Assembly: GCA_013265495.1 (NCBI GenBank)
Contig: MU063673.1
Span: forward strand, 8,019,694 to 8,083,693
Origin: Vicugna vicugna
Taxonomy: Eukaryota
Direction of reading: 5' to 3'
DNA: 64,000 bases
The position numbers and the translations under genes are program-made. Position 1 is the first letter of the stretch. Every line of letters starts with the position of its first letter. Positions 1 to 12,350 of the stretch are shown here, piece after piece. The notes under the pieces were generated by a model. The model was not told the DNA's origin and did not search any database. It saw only the letters and a program-made list of their open reading frames with translations.

Positions 1-294
1 CAAGTGCCTCCTCCTGTCCAGCCTCTTTCTTCTCCAGTGTGTCCTGGATGGAGTTGCTGGATTCACTTTCTTCAACTACCTCTTTGGTCATAACAAAACC
101 CTGTTCAAAACCTTCAGGTGCCCCACCACCTAAGCTTAAAGCCCCACCTCCTTACTCCACTCCTTTCACCCTCTAGACACAGCTCCCTAATGATTTTTCT
201 CTGTGATTCCTGGTTCCCCAAGTTCGCTTAGTCTTCACCCACACGTAAACTGGCCATTTGAACATCTTAATAGTGTCTAGATACTGACAGAGTT

Positions 295-395
295 CTTTCT
301 CATGTCCACAACAACCCTACAATGGTAGTATGTTCGCATTTCACCGAGCAGTAAATTGAGACTCAGAGATGAGTTCATCATGGTAAGTGACACCT
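295..395 (-). mobile_element. MIR SINE fragment
   Basis: ACAACAACCCTACAATGG...CATTTCACCGAGCAGTAAATTGAGACTCAGAGA resembles the reverse-complemented MIR core; boundaries approximate. Confidence 0.55.
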
Positions 396-616
396 GTACT
401 ATTACTCATTATATACTTCTCTTTAGCTAAACCTACATGTTTTACTTAAATGTATTTATTTTATGAGAGACTGTATGTATCATAGTTACAAGTGAAAACA
501 TCCCTGTCAGCTGTGATTCCCTCCCTCTCTCTGTAAAGGGGAGATCAGAGAAGGAGAGACACACTGCAGCAGAGACTTTCTCCTGGATGAGCTTAGGAGC
601 CATGGAAGAGGCCACT

Positions 617-734
617 GGCTTCTCACTGTGTGATTGTTTTTCCATTTGCATTTGTGTTCCTCATAAATTAACCCACATCCTGCAAGTGACACAGGTCTCA
701 TATCTTGGGGAGAAAGGCACTGTTGACATGTTCA
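617..734 (+). repeat. Left arm of 118-bp ungapped inverted repeat (partner 1886-2003)
   Basis: Manual alignment of the reverse complement to 1886-2003: 10 mismatches in 118 nt, no indels. Confidence 0.95.
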
Positions 735-1885
735 TCACCTTGAATATAGTTAAGCACCCAAGGTGCATGTCTGTAGATTCTGGTGTTCTCTTCCAGCAGA
801 GAAGAGAATGCATCCTAAATGCATGGTCCTTTCTCCACCCAAAGTTCATTCCTGGCTCGGCTTTGCTTTTTCCATATACTCTGTATTCCAAACCACATTT
901 CTTCCTGTGTTTCCACTTCTAAGAAAGAGAAAGAAGCTAAATTTTTGGAATAAGCAATTTCTCTACAGAGATTCCCAAAGCTGCACTCATACCAAGCTAA
1001 ATAACCTCTCATTCTATGGGATGTTAGTCGCTGAGGCCAGTGCTGAGGTCATTAGCAGGGCAGAAGAGGGAAGTGTGGAGGGGACATGCTTCCATCCATC
1101 CTGGTCCACACACAGATGGACACCTCAGCCTCCCTTAGTACCAGGTGTTTCTTCACAAATTCCAGCTCCTTGGGTATGAGTTCAAAAATTGTGAAGGATC
1201 TTCCCCTTTGTCAGCTGATAAAATGCATGGAAAATCACTTGTAAGTTACAAAGTGTTCTACATAAATATGTATTTAAATGTCTTCTGTATTTCGTATTTT
1301 TCACCATTCATTTAATTTTGAAAACTAAATTCAGGAAGGATGCAAATAGACATTGTTGAGACATGATTGTAGCTCATGATAGAACCATTTCTCTTCCATC
1401 TGTTCTTAGCCATATTCACTTAGAGCTCAGTAAAAGCAGATCCGCTGTCATCCCTGACGTTCAGGGAGTGCGTGTCAGATCACAAATTTATACATCAAGG
1501 TGCATTAAAAGGGGAGGGGAAGGTATTTTTCACTATTAAGTTATCCTCAAAGCTGGTGGCTTTTTAAAAAAAACTCATATTTACTAGAAATTAAACAGTA
1601 TGTTTATCCAGCTAAAAGTATCAAAAGTAGTGTTAAAAGTAAGTGGCAAAATATAGTAAAACATTGTCAAAGAAATTCAAGGTGCAAATACTGTAAAGCA
1701 GTTCTAGGGAACTGTCCACGTGGTACAGGCAACACTGCACCTAGCAGGCGGTTGTGTTTTTACTGTGACCTCCACAGGGAAGTGATTAAGATATTCTGGA
1801 ATATGAAGTAACTAGCAGCAAAATAAATGATCTAGAGAGACTTTGGAACTAATCTTTACCCCGCCTGCCCCCTTCTCCTTAGCTC

Positions 1886-2003
1886 TGAACATGTCAACAG
1901 TGCCTTTCTGCCCAAGATGTGAGACCTGCGTCACTTGCAGGTTGTGGATTGATTTATGAGGAACACGAATGCAAATGGCAGAACAGTCACACAGTGAGAA
2001 GCC
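1886..2003 (-). repeat. Right arm of 118-bp inverted repeat (partner 617-734)
   Basis: TGAACATGTCAACAG...CACACAGTGAGAAGCC is about 92% identical to the reverse complement of 617-734. Confidence 0.95.
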
Positions 2004-2274
2004 GGGAGGTGACTTGGGCCAGGAGGTGACTTCGCATGTGTGAGGGACTCTACCCCAGGTGGTACCCATTTGGTGAATGATTACCGGGCCACAGACTGCC
2101 TTTCTTCACGGGAGATGCTCCCGTTCATCAGCAGAACTCCCTACAACAGAGTCAGTGAAAGACAGTCATCTCAGAACTGCCATCTTTAAAGAGAATTTGT
2201 CATCCTTTGGCATTGTGCTTTCTCTCCTAAAGACTGACGTCCTGCTTTCTACCGTCCTTGTAGAAATTTGGGAC

Positions 2275-2313
2275 ACTAATCTTTACCCCACCTGTCCCCT
2301 TCTCCTTAACTCT
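2275..2313 (+). repeat. 39-bp direct repeat of 1848-1886
   Basis: ACTAATCTTTACCCCACCTGTCCCCTTCTCCTTAACTCT vs ACTAATCTTTACCCCGCCTGCCCCCTTCTCCTTAGCTCT: 3 transitions. Confidence 0.9.
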
Positions 2314-2627
2314 CCCTTTTATGCAAGTTCTCATTCAATGACCATTTTCCAACAAGCAGAGGACCAGAACCTTTTGTAATTCCTCATTCCTTGAACTTCC
2401 CCTGCAGTTGGAGGCCTGAACTTCTGGAATAATAATCCATGAGCCAAAGGGGATGTTAAATCAGTTACACTGTCCCACCACCAAGGCAGGGCTTCATGTG
2501 TCAAAGTGCATGCAGTCGCCTGGACCAGCAGAGAAGCCTGTCCAGATGTGCCCTGCAGTAATTTAGAGCCCAGGTTTGGGCCCAAAGTTGAATTCCAGTA
2601 TCAGTTCTATCTCCCACACACTGGAAT

Positions 2628-2780
2628 CCTGGTCAAGTTCCTTAGTGTATCTGACCCTATTTCCTCATTCACCCAAAATAATGAAGACTTCTCTCACAGG
2701 GATGCTGTGAGGTTGAAATAAGGTAAGTATATGAAGTCCTCGGCACCATGCTGGACACATGGCAAATGGTCAGTGAGGAT
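2628..2780 (+). mobile_element. MIR SINE
   Basis: TTTCCTCATTCACCC...CTCACAGGGATGCTGTGAGGTTGAAATAAG...GGCACCATGCTGGACACAT follows the MIR 3' consensus. Confidence 0.7.
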
Positions 2781-3115
2781 GGCTTTATGGACGGTAGACT
2801 CTCAAAGAGACACAGTATCCATGTCCCTGTCACTACCAGCCACCTCTCAACCATAGCTCCCTTGCTAAAAGGCCAGGGTTGTCCAGAGATGTCTTTAATG
2901 TGTACATGCATATATTGTCTGACAAAACTGAGCTGCAAGGAGGTTTAGATCGACAGAATGGTCTGTCATCATTTACTAAACTTCAGCAGAAAAGGATTCT
3001 GCTGGCCATAACTCACATCCACTTGAAATAATCTCACTTGACTTCATTAAGCTTGAAGAATTGCATCTCTCCTTCACCCCTGCTTCCTCAGACTTACTTA
3101 GCCTTTTACAGCTCA

Positions 3116-3243
3116 NNNNNNNNNNNNNNNNNNNNNNNNNNNNNNNNNNNNNNNNNNNNNNNNNNNNNNNNNNNNNNNNNNNNNNNNNNNNNNNNNNNNN
3201 NNNNNNNNNNNNNNNNNNNNNNNNNNNNNNNNNNNNNNNNNNN
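3116..3243. other. N gap (128 nt)
   Basis: Run of N. Confidence 1.
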
Positions 3244-3601
3244 TTTCTTGGAAGTACTGGAGGGTGATGGAATAAGCCAGAAATTATTTTTGGAATTGAA
3301 CCAAAGGATTCATTTTCCAGCCACTAGCAAGCTGTTCTTAGCCAAGAGACTCCAGGCCTCGTGGGGAATGAGACTACCAGGAATTTCTAGTGGCTGAAGG
3401 GCTGTCACCACAACATTGAGCTGTGAAGAAATCTTGGCTTTACTGGAAATCAGGAAAAGGCTCTGGCAGGTACTGGTGGGGCTGGTGGAAAGTCCCTCTG
3501 GGGCCTGGGGTCGGGGGACTGGAGACAGCCTTCTGCAGAATGCACCCCTCTTCTTCGGGCCAGTGAAGAGCTGGACTGTTCAAATCAAAACCCCTTGTAA
3601 C

Positions 3602-3962
3602 TGTGTGTCATGGGCTGACATGCCTCCAAACTCAGATGCTGAAGTCAAATACCCAGTACCTAGCAATGTGACTGTGTTTGGGGAGATGTGATCGTCTTTA
3701 AAGAGATCATTAAGGCTGAATAAAGTCATTAGGGTGGACCCTAATCCAGTCTGACCGGTGTCCTTTATAAGATGAGATCAGGACACAGATCCACGTGGGG
3801 AGAAGACTGGGTGAAGACCCCTAGAGAAGATAGCCATCTTTGAGGGGGGCCTCAGAAGAAATAAAACATCAACACCTCTGTCTTGGACTCCCAGCCTCTG
3901 GACTGCTGTTTAAGCTGCCCAGGCTCTGGCACTTTTGTTAGCAGGCTGAGCTGACTAATACA
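3602..3962 (+). mobile_element. MaLR solo LTR (MLT1A/B/C-like)
   Basis: TG start, AATGTGACTGTGTTTGG, AGGGTGGACCCTAATCCA...GGTGTCCTTTATAAGA, TTGGACTCCCAGCCTC, ends CTGACTAATACA. Confidence 0.9.
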
Positions 3963-4992
3963 CTGTGTTAGAGGACACAGGCCACACACCTCATGACTAG
4001 GGAAGACTGTTCCTTTGTGGTCTCCCCCAAACACTCAGAAGCCTTTACAAGGAGCACCTCTGACACTTGGAGGCTCCAGGTGGGCACATGGTTTAGATTC
4101 AGGGTCAGAAGTGCATGCACCCATGTGGTCACCTCCTTGATGAGATGGTGCTTGTTTGGTTGATATCCTTCCTCTTGGGCTGTGCTGACTTCTTCCTAGG
4201 GCATTCTTCCCTTGACAAGGGCCATTGACAGTGAAGAGCGCCCTTAGCTTTCTGCTCACTCCTCTGCTTTTCCCTCACCTTCCCGCTTCCCTCCCTCTCC
4301 CACAGAACACAAATTGTGATTTGTCTTTGACCCACTGATGACGTTTTTTACCCCGAGAATTTAACATGATGTTACCCCGTCATCAATATCCAAGCCCCCT
4401 CCCCACCTCTGACGCTGGAAATCTCTAGGGCTTCCCGGCCGGAAGGGGACCAGCGGCAAGGGTCTTGGCAAAGAGACAGCTCTGCTCTGGCACAGGTCCC
4501 CTGTCATGCTGGGCAGGTCCCCGCCTTTCTGGTTCCCTCACCCTGAGGTTCCCCCTCTAAGAAAGAGAGTTTTATCTTTACGCTCCCTCCAGAATGAACA
4601 TGCACCTGCTCCACAAAGATATGCACAAATCCACACCCCGAGACAACGTGGCTCTCTCCCACGGGATACACCAGGCACGGCCATTTCTAATCAGCTCAGG
4701 GGCGATCACTGAACGCTGTGCGTTCCTTAAAGAATTTCAGCAATCAGCTGCATGTGCAGAAACCAGTCAATAAGGGACCGAAATAGGACAATGAACTTTG
4801 CCTTGTACTCATGTCTTTAAGGGCTGTAAGAAGGCTTACCCTGAGCCTTGCGTGTAAGAAGTCATAATGTAAAAGAGATGTGTGAAAACGCTCGAGCCAG
4901 ATGTTTGATTTTTTTTTTTAACACACACAGCTTGCTTGCACACTGCCTTTTCCAGTGCTGCGTTTGGCCTCAGAGGGTAACTAAGAAAAACC

Positions 4993-5300
4993 NNNNNNNN
5001 NNNNNNNNNNNNNNNNNNNNNNNNNNNNNNNNNNNNNNNNNNNNNNNNNNNNNNNNNNNNNNNNNNNNNNNNNNNNNNNNNNNNNNNNNNNNNNNNNNNN
5101 NNNNNNNNNNNNNNNNNNNNNNNNNNNNNNNNNNNNNNNNNNNNNNNNNNNNNNNNNNNNNNNNNNNNNNNNNNNNNNNNNNNNNNNNNNNNNNNNNNNN
5201 NNNNNNNNNNNNNNNNNNNNNNNNNNNNNNNNNNNNNNNNNNNNNNNNNNNNNNNNNNNNNNNNNNNNNNNNNNNNNNNNNNNNNNNNNNNNNNNNNNNN
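4993..5300. other. N gap (308 nt)
   Basis: Run of N. Confidence 1.
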
Positions 5301-6569
5301 AGCCACAAAAGAGCATCCTTTTGTTCTGAACTTGGAATATTAATCTTTAACCTGGGACTTTAACTTTCCCCCTCTTCTGGGGTTCGACAGGACCCCTCCT
5401 CTCATTAAAATTTTACCAATTTAATATGACTTTGTTTCTAACATGTGGGAAGAGGGGTGTCAGCCTTCCTCCCATTGTTTCTCCAAACCTTGGTAGAGAT
5501 TCTTTGTTTCTCTGACTGCTCACTTTTTGCTTGAGGAATACTCTGCTTCAGGGCTGGCCGATGAGGGAAGCTGGCGCTCTTGTCCGTAGTGGGAGAATTT
5601 GGCTAATTCACCAGACTACAAGGGCTGCTCCTCCCTACTCTTCATGAAGCTGGGGAAAGGCCATCAGTTGGTGAGTTAGTCCTCTCACACCCCACCCCAC
5701 CAAAACATAATTTGGAAATAGATCCAAGAAATGCTCAGCCAGTCCTCCCCGGTGTCACAGGGTGTGAAGGCAACAAGGGGACATCCTGCGCGGTCCTCTC
5801 ATGTGGGCTGGGTCACGTCAGTAAGAACATGAGCAATGCCTCTTAAGAGGGGGGCCAAATGCCAGGCCTCGTCTTCCTGCGAGGGAAGGAGAAATGGGGA
5901 AAAGCCTGTAAAAATATACCTTTGTCATTTTCTAAAGTAGATTATGAGATGAAACAGTACTTCCGAAACAAGAAGCCTGTGTTGCTCTGTTGAGTGTCAC
6001 ATCACAGATGGAGTCGGGCAAGCAATGTGTATTAATGCCTCTTTCTTTAGCCTCCTATGATCCTCAGAAACCAAAGTCTTCAGAAGCCAGACTCTAGAGA
6101 CGCTCCCTTCCCTTTGATCTGGTCAGCTGTCCCCACCGGCAAGAGGGGAGTCAAGGGTTGGTTTCAAAATGTGCGTGATTAAATGTGCACTTTATTTCAG
6201 CTGAAGCACTGGGTTATGAGTAGAAGTGGTCTCCCGCTCTTCAGGGCTGGGCACCTAGAAATTGTGCACTAGACTGAAAACACCTTTAGAGTCTGCCACA
6301 TGGAAGGACCCCCCCAAAATGTAATGCAAAAGAAGTACAGTGTGCAAGAGAGGTCCTCTAGAACAGAAAAAGCTCCCAAACGGTCAGCACAGGGAGGTGG
6401 CCTGGGCATCACACAGGGCCAAAAGGTGTGGCTGAGCCACTGTGTTCACAGCCGGGCTATGTGGTCTCAGCCAGATCAGACAGCTCACGCGTGAGTTTCC
6501 ATCACGTGCCACGTCTGAGGTGAGGCGTGTGTTGGAGAGTCAGCACAGTCCAGCAGTCACACTTGTGGG

Positions 6570-6795
6570 CAAAGGCACTGATCTGTGCGGGCTCAGACCC
6601 CAGCTCTGCCCCTCCTTGCCCCTGGCCCTGGCCCATCGGGCAAGTGACTGTACCTCCTTGAGCTGTTTCCTCATTTAAGAGAAAGTTATAACAGTACCGC
6701 CTTCATCCCACTGGTCAGAGGACCTGTGTGTTACAATTAATCACTTACAGTAGCCCTGGCCGATCTAAGCCCTCAAGGGTTAGCTGCTATTAACA
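6570..6795 (+). mobile_element. MIR SINE
   Basis: CCCAGCTCTGCC...GGGCAAGTGACT...TTTCCTCATTTAAG...AACAGTACC. Confidence 0.65.
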
Positions 6796-8409
6796 TTTTT
6801 AATGTTTCCGGGGTAGTTGCTGTCATCATGTTGGCATTGTTGGCTACCGGGGAAGATACCTTACCCAACACACAGCAACACATTTTCCCAGTTTAGGTGA
6901 CATGGCAGAACTCTGGACAAACAGAAAGTAATTTCCCAAGGCTGGAGTGACTCCATGAAGAAAATCCAGAGATGGAAATCAGCTTGTGTCCATGGCAATA
7001 ACGCATCCCATTTGCCTAAAACCATTATCACCTGGTATGTCCATCCTTGTCCACAATCCTATTTGATGGAAACACCTCAAGCTGAGGAGATCTGGCTGAA
7101 GTGGCTCTGTGTATGTGTGTGTGTGTTGGGGGTGGGAGGAACTGTCTCCCATCTGTTCTCTGCCACCAAAAGAGGAACTGGGTCTACCCACCACCCTGGC
7201 CTATCTCACAGGGCCACAGCCTAGTTGCATTTTTGCAATTCAAGCTGAGAAGCCTGGGGCCCAGTTTCACGTGTGTCACAGCCAGGAGTGGCCCATCAGG
7301 GCCCGGGCCTGACCCCTGATCATTTGTTCCTTGTGATAAGTCTCCTCCGCTTCTGCAAGAGTATCAAGGAGACAAAGTAAATCCAGAGGAGGTGGAAACG
7401 GATGCTTACCGAAGGATTCACCAAGGAAAACGCAACCTGTTTGCCAGAAAAGGCCCCCGCATCTGTAAGAACTGCAGGAACAAATCAGAACTTACCAAAA
7501 GAATCAATAGAATTTTTAAAAACTGAAGAGGACTGAGATTTTTTAAAAATATATTTTGTCATTGGTTAATCATTAAATTTTAAGCCTTGAGTCCTCACTG
7601 AGGAGGAATATGTTCTAATGGGAAAGGTTTAGGTTTTGGAGAGACACCTTTGGACCCCAAGAACTTAACTTCAGTACCTACTGTGTGGCCTGAGGTGAGT
7701 CCTAGTCCCGAATGGAGTGGTCCAGCCATCCATCAGTCTGCATCCACTAAGGACAAACGCTCACTCTTCTGGCTTCTTCTCACAGGAGGAATTTCCTGTA
7801 GGGAATTGGTTGTACGGATGATGGAAGAGCTGAAAGAGCGCTTCAGAAGCGTGGCCACCCACATGGCAGCTTGACAGGCGGCGGAAGGGACAACCAGATG
7901 AGATGGGGCTGCAGAGTCTGGGGGCTGGGCCGGGGGCAGGTGCCGAGCCCCAGAGGAGGTTCCGCCACATAGGAGAAGCACCTGAGGCAGAGGGAGCCAT
8001 GTCTTGGCTTCTCTCTTCACCTGCCCCTCACTGGTGGAAACGTCTGGAAGCCAGCTGGCAACCTAGTCACACTTTCTCTATCTCTTCCCCTTCTGCTCCT
8101 GCAAAAATGGAAGAAAAATTCCCAAGCTTTGCAGATTATCTTCCAGATTCACCCCCTGCCCTGCGCCTGCTCTGCGCCTTATCACAGGGTACCAGGGCAG
8201 AGAGGTCGGTAACCTGGGACAGGGTGGCCCTGTGCTGTGTGACCAGGCCTGGGCTATCACCTTGTGGGGTACCAGAACGTATTTCTATGTGTTTTCCTCT
8301 GAAGACATTGAGAGTATGTTCTTTTCCCAAAAGGACCACATATAACCCTAAGTGGTAGATGTATATGTTACCACTTACCACATAACTCTTCTATGCTAGG
8401 GGCAACGAG

Positions 8410-8600
8410 GTGTACGGTTAAGGACTGAGGCTTCTAAGTCCTTTGATGCAAATCCTGGCTGTACCTGCTGTGTGGTGTTAGGCAATTTAACTTCTCTGTT
8501 CCTTACTTTTCTCATTGTAAATGGGATGAAGAATCGTCCCAATCTCATGGCATTTTTTTTTTAAATCTGCCTAAGGATGCAGGGCTGCGTTCTCCTAAGT
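8410..8600 (+). mobile_element. MIR SINE
   Basis: GGTTAAGGACTGAGGCT...CAAATCCTGGCT...TTTCTCATTGTAAATGGGATGA. Confidence 0.7.
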
Positions 8601-9294
8601 ATTAAATGATAATTTTCTCAGGCCCTACCTAAAGTTCTGACGTCTCAGTGGCCTGCCTTTATTGCGGTGGTAGGATGATAAACTGGGACGTTTTCAGCCT
8701 CCGTTCTGATGAAGGTACCAGCATGTTGATATCAGATACCAACCTCCAGGTGAGGCAGATCACCGGAAGCAGAAAGGAAAGTGCTGAGAACATCACCTCA
8801 TCACCTCCAGGAGCCGTTGGAGGATTCAGAAGCACCAGGAGGCAGGGCAAGTGTGTGCGAAGGATCTGGAGAAAGACAAACTTCGTCTCACATGCTAAAG
8901 GGTTTCTCAAAAGGTGGTCTTGTTGACCAAGTCAATAAATGTCCATGGCTGTCCATGCAAGGATGCATAACCCGACTTAATATAATAAACACTGGGACAG
9001 TCAGGTACCAGAACAGGCAAAAACGTGAGATGAGCCTCGAAAGAAGAAACTTAGAAAAAGATTAGAAGATGAAAACGTCATGAAATGCCCAGAAAAAAAG
9101 AAAGAAAGAAAGAAAGACAGACCCTCTCAACCACAGCAGAAAATCTGAAGGACAAACAGCCCTAGAGTATTTCAAAAAATAACTGTTTCTGTTCCAAAGA
9201 AGCTGGAAATGAGGATTTTGCCAGAAGCTACTGCCTGAAGGGAAATTGAGATGGCCACACCCATGGGAAAAGGAGGATGGCAAGGAACTTCACC

Positions 9295-9490
9295 ATTTTC
9301 TAACTTGGGGACCTCCGGCAAATTATGTCCCCGTGCCTCTGTTTCATTGTCTGTAAAATTCTGATTTTAATTGTACCTCCCTCTTGACATTGATGTGATG
9401 TTAACTTGAATTTGTCTGTGAAAGTTCTTAGTGTGGCACCTGGCGGGTAATACACATCCACAATTCTTAGCGCAGTTATTTTAATGATTT
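9295..9490 (+). mobile_element. MIR SINE
   Basis: GCCTCTGTTTCATTGTCTGTAAAAT...GTACCTCCCT...GTGAAAGTTCTTAG. Confidence 0.6.
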
Positions 9491-11624
9491 GGTGGTAAAG
9501 GCTTAGTAAATTATTCAAGGAAGAGGAGGATGGGAATGACCTGGATCCCTGGGCGGGGGGAGGACCTTATTCTACCTGGGAGTGTCAAGTTATTCCCTGT
9601 CCCAAGTGTTTTGACTGTTTCATTAATTCTCAGCCTGGCTCTCCAGCCTGACCCATGAACTGGTCCATGTCATTATCACTGGTTATAACTGGGAAGTCCT
9701 ATGACTTTTGTTTTCTTGCCTCAGTCCATAGGACTTGTTAAACGAGCCAGCTCTCTCATTCATTAGTGTGCGATCTGCCTTACTCCCCAGCTGATCTGGA
9801 GAGAAGGTTTCACAGGGGCAAGGAGATATTCCTTCAGTATCACGGCAGCGGGTCCCTGAGACCCGTGGACCATGATGGGTCTGAAGACTTTGTGTTCGGT
9901 GTAGGGCTCTCATTCCCCGAGTGTCTGTGATGTATAGAAGGACTTACATGGACTGCAAAGTAGCTAAAGACCCGGGCCCTTCATCTGATTTGTGCGGGTT
10001 TCTAAGAGTTCTGTGTAGAGAGACTTTAGGAGACCCATACACCTCTGTGACGGGAGGTGCAGTGGTAGGTGCCTGAATACAGGTACCTCTTTCTTGGGAG
10101 AGAATTCACTGCTTTCTTCATACTCTCAAATGGTTAAAAATAATAACTGGTTTAGGATAAAATAAGGGAATTCAGGTCTAGATTCCCCACCAGCAGAATA
10201 ATCAGACCGATAACTGAAACAGTAGAGAAAGAAAGGGGTTTTTAATCAATTCATGTAACCCTACAACCTCCCCCTCCCCACCCCTGACATCGCTTTGAAA
10301 AAATCCCAGAGAATCCAGAAGCCACTTTTCTTTTTCCCAACTTATAGTTTACTTTTAATTTTATTTTGGATTTAGACTGGTCAAAGGCTTTCCTGTCTTC
10401 TCTACAGAGATGTAATATAATATGAGCTCCTAAGAATCATGGTTTGTTTGTTTTCTTGTAATCTGAAGCAGCTTTTATCAAAAACCTAATTCATGAGGAG
10501 ACGATAATCATGTGCAGGAAAAAGCAGATCTTCATGAGTTTTCTTTCTTTTTTTTTTTTTCCTTTCCTTTAAGACACCAGGATTAGAAAGTACTCGTTTT
10601 TCCTTTTGTTTTGCCCCCTATTAAAAGCCAAGAGTCGATCCATCTTTTTCCCTCATCCTCCAGTCTAGTCTCACGCATGGGATTAATTAGACAGGACGAA
10701 TCACTGAAAGAACATTTATCTTTATCCAGGAGATGGTTTTCAGAATTTTTTGATGTTGTCCTAGCATTTCTAGTTTTTTTGTGGCTTTTTGTGGTGATGA
10801 TGGGCTCAACTGCCTTTAGTGGCTGGCGAGGCAAGATTCGCTTACGTGTTGTGTATATGTACATATGAGAAACATTAATTTTTAATTTACTCTGTTTACC
10901 TTGAGACACTGCCAGTGGATGATTCAGATATTCCACAGAAAGGGGCTTTTCTTTTGTAATATAGGACACAGGACAGCTAAGCATGTGTTCTTTATTCAAA
11001 GTGGAGGATCGGATGGAGGCAGCCAGAGTATTTATTTGTCTAGCTTACAAAAGAACTATTTTGATTATGTAAACATTCGTATAATTTTATTAAGAGTTGC
11101 TACCACATCTTTTCATCTCATGTGTGCTTAAAAACTAGGCTTAGTGATAAAGAACCAGCCTGGGCTGTTTCCATGTTCCTTTAATTCAACAACTCACTGT
11201 GTCTGTGTTTAAGAATCAAATCTCAGGACAGTGATTTGGGCAGTGGTGAGTTTCAGCTGGTCTCTAATTTCCTGTCCCAGATGTGACACCACAATGGGAA
11301 TATTCACGGTTCTCCTCACCTGTCTTGGACCTGGGTTCCCCAAGGGGCTAGATGCATGAGGTCTGCTAATTCTAAGGAGGAGGAGAGCTTCCTAGCTTCT
11401 CTGGGAGGGCTCAGGGATGAAAACTGGAGAATTCCCTTAGGCTTCTCACTAACTGCTGTAGACAGCCTGATTCAAGAGATCAGAGGCCTCTCCACTTCTC
11501 CCCAAATCATCCAAGAAATCCCAGGGGTTTACTCAGATGAAAGAGGTCAGTCCTGATTCCAGACACCAGGAGGGAACTGGAAAATCTGAGTGATCACTGA
11601 TGTTGCAGCCATGCGGGCTTTGTG

Positions 11625-11800
11625 ACAGGGCTGCCCTGTCCAGTTGTGCTAACGTGCACTGCACAAAGGCAACACGTCTAAGGGGAGCCATTCACATCGG
11701 GGCTATCATTGACTTGTGCAGTTATTAAAATGGTTTTCTGGAGGATGGTATTATGTTGATTTGTGCTGACAAAATCAGCGTATTAGCTCAGTTTTAGGTG
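11625..11800. mobile_element. Ancient hAT-superfamily fragment (MER91-like)
   Basis: CAGGGCTGCC...CCAGTTGTGC...TGCACTGCACAA end motif recalled from hAT-Tip100-type elements. Confidence 0.35.
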
Positions 11801-12004
11801 ACATGAAAATGGTTGTTATTATTCATGTAGCTTTTGTTTTTATAACAAATAATTAACATTTAATGAGCATTTACTGGAGAAAGATGGCTAATTGCTTTTG
11901 ACCGCTCCCCTCAGGATAGGCTTCTTAACAGATTCAGAGGATATGGCAGCTTTGAGAGGGGAAAAAAAGTTGCATCTTCATTATCACTCACTGCTAACTG
12001 AAAT

Positions 12005-12350
12005 TTAGGATTATGAATGAGGGCAACCAGCCACAATATTACCAACAGCACCTGTGACTTTTTTTCATATCACATTTAAATTGTTACAATATCTCAAAAT
12101 ACTACTCATACTCATCATTATTTCAAAGTCATGCTAATTGTTACGACCTAACACTAATGTTATTTAATGAGCTAATAAAGAGGAACATCTATTACACCGC
12201 AAATTTTAAAATATATATTTTAACTGGCTTCAAATAAAACTGGTTTCTTTTATAAAACTACATATTTTATCTGATGAAAACTGTTGTGAGAAGGGGTTCC
12301 TACACCTCAAACCTACTGAAGGGTCTGTGGCGAAAAATGATGTTAAGAGA
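12005..12350. mobile_element. hAT-Charlie-type non-autonomous DNA transposon fragment
   Basis: CACCTGTGACTTT...TTGTGAGAAGGGGTTCC...AAGGGTCTGTGGCGAAAAA...GTTAAGA resembles a Charlie-type right end. Confidence 0.55.

Noticed and set aside
1989-2030. CACAGTG heptamer and octamer in the inverted repeat as V(D)J signals
   Set aside because: No ACAAAAACC-like nonamer at 12- or 23-bp spacing and no V, D or J coding segment.
7785-7874. Possible terminal exon GISCRELVVRMMEELKERFRSVATHMAA after a CACAG acceptor
   Set aside because: No recognisable homology, no nearby polyadenylation signal and no partner exons.
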